Shown in pieces: positions 27,266 to 38,249 of a stretch of 64,000 nt of DNA. The position numbers were made by a program, and so were the translations under genes. This DNA comes from Sarea resinae (taxonomy: Eukaryota), in contig JAPEUD010000059.1 of NCBI GenBank assembly GCA_026026165.1, positions 62,001 through 126,000 on the forward strand. Reading direction: 5' to 3'. Positions within the stretch are counted from its first letter, which is position 1. Each line of letters starts with the position of its first letter. The notes beneath the pieces were generated by a model that saw only the letters and a program-made list of their open reading frames with translations, ran no database searches and was not told where the DNA came from.

Positions 27266-30200
27266 ATGCAGTTTGCAATCATGCCCGATGATGGCCTCGC
27301 TCTGGGCCGACCGCAAGACAAAGCCCGCAAGAATAACTGGCGGGGCAAGCTCTTCTCGACCGAGGAAGCACGAGAGGCCAAGAAGAACTTCAAGCTCAAC
27401 GACGATGTCACGGATTTCCTAAGACCTTCGACGGAACGATCCATCAGTTCACCAGCTCCTCGCGTCGATACATTCTCTGCACAACGATGGCCCAGTGCCA
27501 CCGAGATCACCAATCGACCAACCTCGCGTAGGAAGTCCGACAGTCCAAGGCGAACCAAGAACAAGGGACTCAATGTCAGATTCACGCGGGCAGAGCCAGA
27601 GATCATCGGCCGTGGTGGAGATGAGACGGACGTACCTCCTCAAGAGATTTCGTTGATGCGAGCAAGGTCACACTCGCCGACACTGCAGCGAAGCCAACTG
27701 AACCAGGAGAATTGGCCCAGACAGGAGGGGGTGAAAGAAGAGCAAGATGATTTCAGGCCTCCGCTAATGAGACGTGCCCCCACCGGCTTTGTTGGGCTCT
27801 CAGAAGACTCGAGGGGAGCGGAAACATTACCAGACACCGACTTCGCCGAGTACGACTCTCCGGTCTCCCCACTCGAAGCGACAAGGCCTGATTTCTCCCA
27901 AAAAGCCAACTTCCAGCTGGCCGAAGAAGCTCAGGCCTTACATCAGGCCCGCGATCCCTCTCCGCCTGACGTCTTCCAGGATGGCGGGACACGTTCACAC
28001 ATGCCAGGACACTTTCCATCTTCTCCGCTTCCAACTCCATTGGCCGATTTTGATCCGATGTTGAAATACTCTTCTCACTCTTCGCCATTGCCCACGCCTT
28101 TGGCTCGACCATCTCTTCCGTCTCTTCCCTCTGCATTGGTCCCCGGTGGAGTTGCACAAAGCTTGTCAAGCTCCCCTTCGTCGCTTCCTAAAGTCCCGCG
28201 ATATGCAGACGCTGATCGGGTTGCAAATTCGCCCCCCAAAGACATTTCCAGCTCTCCGTCATCATTGCCTATAGCTCCACCATTGCTCACACCAGGGGGT
28301 TTTGGACACTCTTCGCCCGGTGAGCTCGCCAATTCCACAGCACCACCATCACCTACAGCCGACGATGCGTTAGAGGACTTCTCCGATAGAGTACAGCATC
28401 TAAGCTCTCTCTTCCATCTGGCTGCTGAATCTGCGAAGCCCATCATGGAGACACCTTTTGCTGAATGGATCCAGGCAAGCACCTGGTGGTTTCTCAAAGG
28501 ACGCGTTGAATTGGAAGTTGCAACTCGAAATCGACCTCGGAGCTCCGACGGTCAAGCGCATCCAAGCCAACTACAACCTCCAATCAAAGCATGGGTTAAT
28601 CTAGCCAAGGCTTGGTGGATAGTCAAGTACATAGCCCCTCAACATCCGGAACCACGAGAGTATGGAAACTCTAGTATGAGTACGCTGATGGAATTAGCGA
28701 AGAGTGCTGGCGACGAAGGCATGGCGCGATTGCTGGAAATGTATCAAGCAATTCTCACCAACCTACGAGCGTTGGCAGTATCAATGAGACGAAACCAGCT
28801 TTTCCCTCCACAACAAGGCGAGATTCCTCTCGGTCAAGGCCAAGACACGAGCATCTGGATCAAGTATCCTTTCTTCACTCCAGACATCTGTACACTTCTG
28901 GCGGGTAATGCCTCAAAGTCAATGGTTGTTGGAAATTCTTCTACGGGTCTAAATCTCTCAGAGATGATGCCTCTTGGAGACACGAGCAGTTACTTCAGCT
29001 ATGGAAGGATGTTTGTGGTCGTGTCGCTCGCTTCTGAAGATGACACAGCACAGTTTGAGATGCCGTGTCTTCTGTCGATTCTGAGAGAAAGAACACAAAG
29101 ACAGATGATGGCGGCTATTTGCAGTCAAAATGCGCTGGTCAATATCTGTATACAAGACAATCCAAAATTGGGACCCACGTGGAAAGACGTACACTGGAAA
29201 ACGAGAAGGCATCTCATGGTAGTCAAATTACCTCGAGGGTTCACCTTATCTGTTCAACTTGTCGAGAAGGACTTTAAAAATCTCTGGGGAATTCATGACT
29301 ATATGGGAAGAGTGGAAGCTCAGTTCCAACCAGAGCCGGGCGAGATCTTACTACACGAAACGAAGCTTCGGACCTTCAAATGCCTTGCTTCGTCCGATAG
29401 TAGAGCTTTCCCTTCGGAGTCTTTGAAAGGCTGTCATGCCCGTTTATTTGAGAGAACGTGCACACGTTCCGAGGGAACCGGAGAGCGTCGATTGCATCGC
29501 GGATTCAGGCTCGTCGTGGTAACGAGTCCAAAGTTGAAGACGCTATCAAGCTTGAATCCGCAATTTGGAAAGCAGTCGCCGATTGAATTCGGGTATCTGC
29601 GTTGCGAGGACGGAGCTCCGGCAATGCTTCTGCAGGTCAGAGATGAGAAGTCCAAGTGCCGAATGGTTCTTTCGTTTCATGAGGCGGCTGAGCGATCCAC
29701 ATTCCATATGCTCCTTAATGGAAATACCATCAATGCACAGGAGACACTGTCTGCCGAAGTCCCCCTGAAAAAGTTCTTTATCGATCCTGATCAGCATGGA
29801 CTGGGAAGTTTGGAGTGGCAACAAGTGCGGGTCATCAATAATAGAGACGAAGAAGACGATCTCGAGAATGCGCAGACGGTCTTATCCCAGAATCTTAGAA
29901 TTTGTGCTGATGGAAAAGCTGGAACTGTGACAGATCGGTTAAACCTTGGTAAGTTCGATCTCTTTACTACATGAATCTCACTAACGCCCACAGGTCCTGG
30001 CGAGCTCCAATTGCGGCTCAATGTAAAGAGTCCTACGGAGATTAAACTTCTGAAACCTCCACAAGAGGACTTGACCATGGTGATTGCCGAAAACCAGGTC
30101 TCGAAGCAGCTTCCCGATGCTTTGGACGAGTTGCTCAAGACGGCTGCAAATTCGTCCACCGTGCGGACATATGACTTTCATTCTTTGCGAGGTGAGCGCT

Positions 30201-30811
30201 TCGTAGTCTCAAATGTACAGCTCGCAGCAACTTAACGTTCCTAGATCTCCACGCCTTTCAAGCAGCCATCACAGCCTTTACAGTGCAATTCGATGGGTAA
30301 GATATTTCACAAGTGGCATGACCTTTGCTAATGGGTGTAGTGTTGCCTCCACATTTGCAATCTCTCGTCGCCGCATGGTCGTGCCGATATACAAACGCTG
30401 GGAGGCCAATCTTGCACGATTGCAGGTTCTCAGGCAAGACAAGACTGTCCAACTCGTTGCTTTCTTCGAGGATTTCAATCATGGCAGCTGCATGAATTTC
30501 AACCTTAAAAGCACCGACGTATTTGAGATCTTCAGCAAATCCGGCCGAAGCTATTTACGCATTGTCGACGCAAAATTTGCGCTTCCCAAGGGAGCAGAGG
30601 TTGAGAGTCGCGATTTCGTTTGCGTGGATATGCCCGAGTACCCGGGGGAGCACGATGATATTGTTATTGGATTCGACTCTGACGCTGGTGAGCAGGTTCT
30701 TTTAGCAGACTTGTTGGACGACGCTAATTCTCTATAGATCGAGATCGATTTCAGGAGGCTCTTCCGGCACCAGTCAGCAAGGTCTCCCGGATGGCGTCTC
30801 TGCGTAAGTAG
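27266..30811 (+). CDS. Large hypothetical protein (about 1100 aa): disordered Pro/Ser-rich N-terminus plus folded C-terminal region
   Basis: A 916-aa open exon plus four canonical introns leads to RRRMVVPIYKRWEA...MPEYPGEHDDIVIGFDS and ends ALPAPVSKVSRMASLRK* at 30811. I recognised no catalytic motif. The start is 27266 or 27281. Confidence 0.8.
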
Positions 30812-31297
30812 TTGTCTTCCAGTTTCTTCGATTGGCGCTTCTATCTTATCTCTTGCATGGCTTGCGGGCAAAATACCACTGGGCTGGGTCTTTCTTTCAA
30901 TCGATACGGACGGTGTCCTTACTGTGAACAAAATTACTCCAATATCTGAAGTTTGTATTCCGTAGCCCTGACTGTGAAGAGTGATGATATATGTATGGTG
31001 ATATGCCCTAGGTTTTCTAGGGCTGTTATCGACCACCCCACCTCCGATCTCGGCTAGCCATCTCTTGGTCGATGGTGGGGCGTAGATGAACAACAAACTA
31101 GGAGAAATCATGACACTGTCCCACTGGAAATGATTATTAATAGAGCTGTGATTGTGTGATCGGGATAGTCGTGTCGGGACCCATCATCTTCGAAGCAATT
31201 GTCTGAAATCCCAGGTTTCTCCTTCCTCCCATTGATCGCCTCTCCCGCTCCTTGCTCGTACCTGAACCTCCACCGCCACCAGACACCCTCATCCACC

Positions 31298-32669
31298 ATG
31301 ACGACACCGCAGACAGACCCCACTACGACCACAACAACGTCAACGACGAGTGCCGACCTCACTGTCAACCCGCAATCGACGCTTCTCGCGGCCGTTCAGC
31401 CCTCGCCTTCAGTCCATAACTACGCTCGATCTACTCAGGCCATTCACGCTGACGACCCGCTGAATCGCAATGAGGACGTCGCGCCGGCGCTGCACGTCTC
31501 GACGACGTTTCGATATGCGGATAATGCGGAGGAATTGAAGACGTTCGATGAGATCGATGTAGGCGCACTTCTCTTCTGATTCATCCAAGCAGTCACTGAC
31601 TGGCCAGATGGCAACATACGACAAACATGTCTATTCTCGACTCTCTGGACCCAATAGCACCCGCTTCGAGACCATCCTGTCCTCCCTGCTAAACGCCCAA
31701 GCGCTAACCTACACATCCGGCCTCTCCGCATTTCACGCCATAATGGTCTTCCTGAATCCGCGCCGCATCGCTATAACTGCCGGCTACCATGGCGTTCACG
31801 GTGTCATCGGCCTGCACAAGAAGATCTCCGGTCTCCAGGTCCTCCCTCTTGACTGCCCCGCGGAAGATCTCCATCCGGGAGATATCGTACATGTCGAAAC
31901 CCCCCTGAACCCCACGGGTGAAGCATCCTCTATCGCTGCCTATGCCGCCAAAGCCCACGCTCGTGGTGCATATCTCGTCGTCGATGCCACCTTTGGGCCA
32001 CCGGGGCTTCAGGACCCCTTCGCGCTTGGGGCAGACGTGGTGATGCATTCTGGAACGAAGTATTTAGGTGGACATAGTGATATGCTTTGTGGGGTTCTCG
32101 CAACAAAAAGACAAGATTGGTGGGCGGGACTCTGGGGCGAGCGCCTATTCCTGGGCAGCGTGATGGGCAGTCTCGAGGGATGGCTAGGAGTGAGGAGTTT
32201 ACGGACATTGGAGCTTCGGGTCCAACGCCAGAGCCAGAATGCCACAAAGATTGTCGAGTGGCTGGACAGTATGATGTCGACCTCGTCGGATGCGGACTCT
32301 CTCAGCAATGATGATAGACAAGTGAAAGCCGCCGTTCAAAAATCCGTCGCTCGCATTGCCCATGCCAGTCTCCAAGCCCGTGATCCAAGCGTCGCCACGT
32401 GGCTCTCTAAGCAAATGCCTAATGGCTACGGCCCTGTCTTTGCCATCTGGATGCAGGACGAATCTTTCGCGCGCCGGCTCCCGGCGGAATTGAAGCTCTT
32501 CCATCATGCTACAAGCTTAGGAGGCGTGGAGAGCCTGATTGAGTGGAGGCGAATGACGGACTCGGGCGTTGAGCCGACGTTGTTGCGCGTTAGTATTGGA
32601 ATCGAGGCTTGGGAGGATCTGAGAGATGATCTAGGGAGAGGTTTCAGGGCATTAGTGGGGGCGTTGTGA
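31298..32669 (+). CDS. Cys/Met-metabolism PLP-dependent enzyme (cystathionine gamma-synthase/beta-lyase family)
   Basis: STQAIHAD...VAPALHVSTTF, YSRLSGPN, ETPLNP, VVDATF, the PLP-lysine motif HSGTKYLGGHSD, HATSLGGVESLIE and LLRVSIGIE, with one intron at about 31559-31607. Confidence 0.92.
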
Positions 32670-34567
32670 GGGAAGGGTCTGTATCTCGTCTGCGTTTTGG
32701 GACAAGCGGATTTTGCTGATGTTTTTGGGTCTTGGCACAGATAGCGATATAGATATATAGACTAGAGCTTCTCCCTTCACAGTTGAACAATTCCTTGCGT
32801 GACTCATGTGGTGTTGGCGGGATCAAGAACCAAGAGGAGCATTGGTGAGGGAAGGTGGGGAGGGGCAAAGGAGAAAAGAGACCCGTCCATCACTGTGTTG
32901 AACAAAAATCACCTATCACATCCACGGCGTATCTACAAACATGGCTTGCTTGCTTGAAGAGGAACCTGCCAGCTTCGTTTGAGAATCTTTCAGTCTTCTC
33001 ATTATTCACTGACAGGATCTGACAATCTGTCGTTCATCCACGCAAGTCAACGATCTGGCAGCCCCGGATGCTAACAACGTGTAGCCATAACATCATCGAA
33101 CTGAAGGGATCTGGTAAGTGGATGATCCAGAAGCTATTGAGGACCCGCAAGGGTGAAGCTTCACTGGATCCACTAGGATATTCTCTTGCCATTTCACGCA
33201 CTTTCTTCTTCTCGCCCTCATTATCACTTCATCTTCAATTTCCCCACTACCGCACTGGTTTACTCCGTCCGGTAATCTATTGCTATTCACATGTGACGCA
33301 CTTCTCAGCCAGCCGGCGAAGTCATTGTCACCTTCGCTAGTTCACCTGAAAGTTCGCTAGGACTCTTGCCATTGGCATCTCTCATCATCCTCGCCAATAC
33401 AACAAGTCACTGCCGTTGACTTGTCTCATTCGATCAGGTTTCGGAAATCTATGCATTCACTGCGAAAGAAAGGAGCCTTGCTGGAACCAGAAAATTGACT
33501 TCCTATTGGAATCTCGATATCCCATCATATTGCCGTTGAGGAAAAATGTCGTGATAGTCCTCACTTGTCCGTCCTAGGGGAGACTCGGTGGATATGAACG
33601 GCGGCAAACGGGAAGGGCACCCACCTCGGGCGACTGCGCTGAAGCCATTACTAGCAGCAAGCCCACCAGAAGGCGAAGATCAAGAACGAGAAAAGGGGGC
33701 TCCGCAGATGTTCGAGAGAAAACAAAGTAAGGTGCATGACGTGCTACTGGACTTAGCCTCGCAAAATATCTGCGACTGTGAGGTGGATACCGAGCGAACC
33801 CTACGAGACCTGGAAAGTCTGTCATCGGCACATGACTGTTGATCTCATTTAACATTGGAGGTCGGATAGGTGCCAGAGGATTGGAGAGAGGCAGTTTCGG
33901 GGTTGGAAGCAAGGCAGGGGAATCAGCCGAGGAGAAGAAGAATATATCCTAGCCTTCTGAAATGGTTTTCAGGCCCCCAGGGCTGTCACATAAACGGTCT
34001 TGACGTCGTCGATGTTCTCCTAACGGAAGACTGACAGACCTAGATGATGGCGTGCGATACTCCCTTGATCAGAATACCTCTGATCAAGATACATCGTTTG
34101 CAAGTACGGATGAGATTTGATGAGATGGTCGACGGATGGACAAACAGCAAGGAAGGTACGAGATCAGTCAGTGAGAATGAGGAGAGGGAAGGCGCGTCCG
34201 CCAGATCGATACCTCAGGTCTCTGATTGTTTGTTTGTCTTCTCGCCGTCAGCGCCACTTTCTTGGGTCCTACTGCTGTCGGGTCTTCCGCGTTCAGTATT
34301 TATGTCTTCTGATCTCTCAATTGGGCGCCCTCCTCTCTCGACTACAGGCCCTTCTCGTCTGCATTGCCTCAATACTCAGCTAGCCGGAGCGATCATTCAC
34401 CGGTCCATCTGTCTCGGACTTTGCTCAGCATAGCTATCACGAAAATCTCATCCGCTTCAACGCTCCCATAATCGTCGCCGTCAGCGTCCTCGTCGGCATC
34501 ACTTTTAGCACTATCACATTAGCCCTCCACTCAGCCCAAGCCGCAGCTTTTCAGTCACGACGCAACC

Positions 34568-35149
34568 ATGGCCTCCCCCTTGCTGTTAGAGAAAATCGCC
34601 CTGGTCCTGGAAAAAACCAGGCTTCTGGAGAAAGGACAGAACCGGATAATCGACCTCTGGAGAAACATCTGCACAGGAATGGAAAGACAGATCACCTATG
34701 AAGCAGAGCAGAACGACTATGAAATCCCCGCCGAGCGAATATTCGTCCCACAGTGCAAGGATTTTATGGAATTCACGAGTTACAAACTTGCGCAATTCGC
34801 GCGACTCGATTTCGTCAAGGCCGAAATGCCAAAATTGCACAAAGTCATGCAAAGCACGAAGCAGGATATACGAGACCTGGAGATCTTCCGCGAGCGTGTC
34901 ATTCTTCAGCAGACCCTTGAGGACGTGCTGGCCAAGCGTGGCGAACTCATCTTCCGAACTTACGGGGAAGAATTTGTGCCGAATCTGAGATTGGAGGCCG
35001 AGGCATTGCAGCGGACCATTTCTATGTTGGAGAATCTCAACGCTGCGTTGCAGAAAACTTTGGCGATCCTTGATACGCTGGGACGGCCCCAGACGGAGTT
35101 GGATATCATCAGGCGTTGGGCGTTGGAGCTCTCGTGCAGAGAAAGATGA
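34568..35149 (+). CDS. Intronless orphan ORF, 193 aa, probably all-alpha/coiled-coil
   Basis: ATG in strong context (gcaaccATGg) after a C-rich leader. The protein is L/E/K/R/Q-rich and amphipathic, unlike the surrounding shadow ORFs. I recognised no family. Confidence 0.55.
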   Translation: MASPLLLEKIALVLEKTRLLEKGQNRIIDLWRNICTGMERQITYEAEQNDYEIPAERIFVPQCKDFMEFTSYKLAQFARLDFVKAEMPKLHKVMQSTKQDIRDLEIFRERVILQQTLEDVLAKRGELIFRTYGEEFVPNLRLEAEALQRTISMLENLNAALQKTLAILDTLGRPQTELDIIRRWALELSCRER

Positions 35150-35877
35150 CGGAGAAGAAGGGGCAAGGAGGGGCAAAAAGGGGTAACAAAAGAGGGTCGG
35201 ATACGTTGAGTGGGAAGGCGTCTTGGCCTCCGGCTTGCATCATAGCTTCGAGACCTTCACGGCATATGATAGAGTCGGATCCTGTATTGCTAATACTTCA
35301 TTTGCGATGCTGCTTGGTTGTCATTCTTTGTCCTTATATTGGGGCAATTAGCTTACTAAGCAGACGAGCTCGGGCTGTCAACGCCGAATGCAATACAATC
35401 CAACAAGCTCAGTCGGACGCCAACGGCTCACTCTTCCTCGTGTAGGCGACTGCCTTTGGAGATAGTGCCTGCGCTTGTTGTTGTTGGCCAGGCAGATGAT
35501 TGTCGATATCGATATTGAGATTCGTATTATAATCCAGGATCACTTTGAACGTGTCCGGACCTTGACTCACGCAAGCCCCCGGATAGGAAGGCTTCTCGGG
35601 CTGTCAATGGTCCAGAATATTCCGTGGACGTAACAATTGAAAGCGGAACACGTCGAGGATTTTTCAGACCAGGCCAATTAGAGATTGAATACCTCGGACC
35701 ATTTGGACCATTGACTTCACTGGCTCCTTCAGTCTCGAACTGTCGCGTCCTTTGCCCCTTTTCAGTTCTATGCTCCTTCAATGACACAATTTCTCTTTGC
35801 AGTGATCAAGTGGTCATCACTGGTTACTATGAGCTCCTGTCTTTGATCTGTCTTTTGATGCGTGCGCAGCTCATTAT

Positions 35878-36112
35878 TTAGAACTGTGTTATACTTCGTT
35901 CGAACACCCCAGGAGGGAAGACAAGCGGCAGGCCACCAACATTAGAACTTTGTTTTACTTGTTTAAACACCCCCGGAGGGAAGACAAGCGGCAGGCCGTC
36001 ACCTTCAGAACTGTGTTTTACTTGTTTGACCACCCCAGGCGGGAAGAAGAGCGGCAGGCCGTTACCTTTAGAATTGTGTTTTGCTTGTTTGAACACCCAG
36101 GAGGGCGGACAA
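35878..36112. repeat. 63-bp tandem repeat, about 3.7 diverged copies
   Basis: Units start at about 35880, 35944, 36007 and 36070. Approximate consensus AGAACTGTGTTTTACTTGTTTGAACACCCCAGGAGGGAAGACAAGCGGCAGGCCGTCACCTTT. Unit 1 carries one extra base. Confidence 0.93.
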
Positions 36113-36722
36113 GATGCCCGGGTCTCCACTCACTAGCAGTCGACACAGTCCGTGAATATCCCTCTTGAAGAGGTAAAACGAATCTTGAGACCAGTGACGG
36201 CTTCGAGTCTCTCTTGCTTCACTGATCGCTTGGAGATGTCCGACGACGTGATTCCTGTGAATCAGCTCTAGGACTTGATTGTGTACGCGACTTGCACACA
36301 CTTCGTCTTATATATATATCGTCCTTTTCTGCTTCCGCCTTTGCTTTTGCTTTCAACCTTCTTTATGCAAAGCTTCCTCGACACTTTTGGCATCGCTGTC
36401 TTGAATACGATCGAGCTATCACTGTCTACTATCATCATACTCAGCATCATCTAGAGACATCGTACTGGGAGGAATCTATCTCCCATATGATCGTCTCGTT
36501 TCGGTCCAGCAACGAAACAAAGGTATGACTCTTTTCTCCATCTTGCCCCATCTTCCCATATCTTGCTACTTTGTCATATCCATTCCTGCCTGTACTATAC
36601 CAGTTACATTCGTCCTCGTTACCACCAACGCTACCCGTATCATGAGTACCTACAGTATAGATGGATTCTGCAAGCCAAGGCTAACCGGTCGACTTGCTAG
36701 GTCTCTCTGCGCCAAAAGCAAG

Positions 36723-37322
36723 ATGCCTTGTCTAGAATACAAGACGCCAACAACGGGCGACGAATGGATCAAGCTCGAAGACGCGTCCGGCAAGCCGTGC
36801 ACCAACAACAGCAACGGCGCCACCACCACCAACGTCGGCCTCTTCTTCATCAAAGACAAGCTGACGATCTCGCAACGAATCGTCAGCGCCCACAACCGGG
36901 ACGACATCGCGCGCTGGACCGTGACCTTCTCTCTCGCGGACCTCGACCCCACCGTCACGGCCTTTGACGACCGCTTCACCCACGCCGAGATCGCCTTCCC
37001 CATCCCGCCCACGCTGCGCTTCGAGAGCGGCGACACCTCGCAGGGCGACTGGATCCACTGGCTCGGCGTCGACACGGCCGCCTTCCCGCTCGCCAGACGC
37101 GCCGCGCGTTTCTCGGCCGTCAGACTCCGCACGACTCTGCCCGTGCCGGTTATGCGGAGGGTCATGCTGGTCAGACCGACTGCCTGCCGCAAGAAAATGC
37201 GCTTAATGCGCGCGGGGCCATTGATTGATCTCGAGGAGGATGGGGGCGGTGTTTCTGCTGGTGCGGGAGCGGGGATGGGGATGGAGATGTGGAAGGGTGC
37301 GATTTGGGAGAGCCTTTTGTAG
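36723..37322 (+). CDS. Orphan ORF, about 200 aa, unknown function (start uncertain: 36642 or 36723)
   Basis: Strong C/G bias at third codon positions over about 36780-37130 (aac gtc ggc ctc ttc ttc atc, gac ctc gac ccc acc gtc). An upstream GTATGA...CTAAC...TAG intron-like segment (about 36523-36699) and a TATA-like tract at 36309-36319 support transcription. Confidence 0.5.
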   Translation: MPCLEYKTPTTGDEWIKLEDASGKPCTNNSNGATTTNVGLFFIKDKLTISQRIVSAHNRDDIARWTVTFSLADLDPTVTAFDDRFTHAEIAFPIPPTLRFESGDTSQGDWIHWLGVDTAAFPLARRAARFSAVRLRTTLPVPVMRRVMLVRPTACRKKMRLMRAGPLIDLEEDGGGVSAGAGAGMGMEMWKGAIWESLL

Positions 37323-37332
37323 GCGGTCGGTC

Positions 37333-37397
37333 GATGTGGGTGCGGATGTGGATGTGGATGTGGATGTGGATGTGGATGTGGATGCAGATGTGGATGT
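37333..37397. repeat. (GATGTG)n hexanucleotide microsatellite
   Basis: Directly visible just 3' of the orphan ORF. Confidence 0.93.
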
Positions 37398-38249
37398 GAC
37401 TGGGGGCCAAATGACCTCGTATATGGGTGCTGCTGTGGAGCGGTTGAGAACCAGGGCTGTTATCAAACCCCTTCTGGACGTGTTTGGTTGTTCAGTCATC
37501 GAGGACGGAGTCTGCTTTTCTGTTTTTTGTTTCTGTCGAAAAGGTCATAAACGGATGGGTTGATGGATGGATGGATGGACGGATAGATAGATGAACGATA
37601 GACGGATGGCAACTCGGACTAAAAGGAAAAACAAGGAAATCATACTTATTTATATTTTCCCTAACCTGCATATTGGCTTTGTGTTCTCTCTCCTCTCTTC
37701 TCTCCTCTTCTCTCCTCTTCTCTTTCCTTTCCTTTCTTCTCAGACATCTCTCGAGCTGTATATATTAACAAGGGTGAGGAGAGAGGGGTAGGTAGAGAGA
37801 GGTGCATAGAGAGAGGGTAAGGGTCGTTGATCTCTGTCTCTATTTCTTTCTTTCTATTTCTCTTCCTTGTCTAGTTTGGACCCACTGTATCACTATACAG
37901 CGAACTCCGGAGTAGTGCGCTAGATACAGCTAGGGTAGAGAAGAGGAGAGTAGAGAAAAAGGTGCTACTAATAGTCCTGGATGATCTAGAAGTGACAATA
38001 CCAGACAAATTGCTATAGGCAGGCTGGCTCTTAGCAGCACTTCAAGGCCGGCTAACCAAGGTAAAAAGAAAGAGGTGACAAACAGGCGAATAAATCAATC
38101 CAAAGGGCTTGGGTTTCAGACGAAGTAGTAGATCAGCGTGATATTGTGTCCTCTCTTCTACAGTACTAAAATTGGGTTGATGTTTGTATTCGATACCACT
38201 CGGTCGGTGTAACTTGATATAGTCGCACTCATTCAGGTATCTTAGTCAA

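Noticed and set aside
32870..34450. Short ORFs of 65-129 aa in this interval
   Set aside because: They have no recognisable motifs or codon bias and I could not build a consistent splice model. A degraded gene cannot be excluded.
34586..35176. 196-aa antisense ORF overlapping the orphan helical ORF
   Set aside because: It starts at a non-ATG codon and looks like the antisense shadow of the plus-strand ORF.
35878..36112. CRISPR-like array
   Set aside because: The units are contiguous diverged tandem copies with no unique spacers, there are no cas genes, and the DNA is eukaryotic.
35878..36168. Alpha-factor-like pheromone precursor
   Set aside because: Dibasic sites are present, but the repeats lack the WC...GQxC-type core of filamentous ascomycete alpha pheromones, the X-A/X-P dipeptide spacers and a signal peptide.
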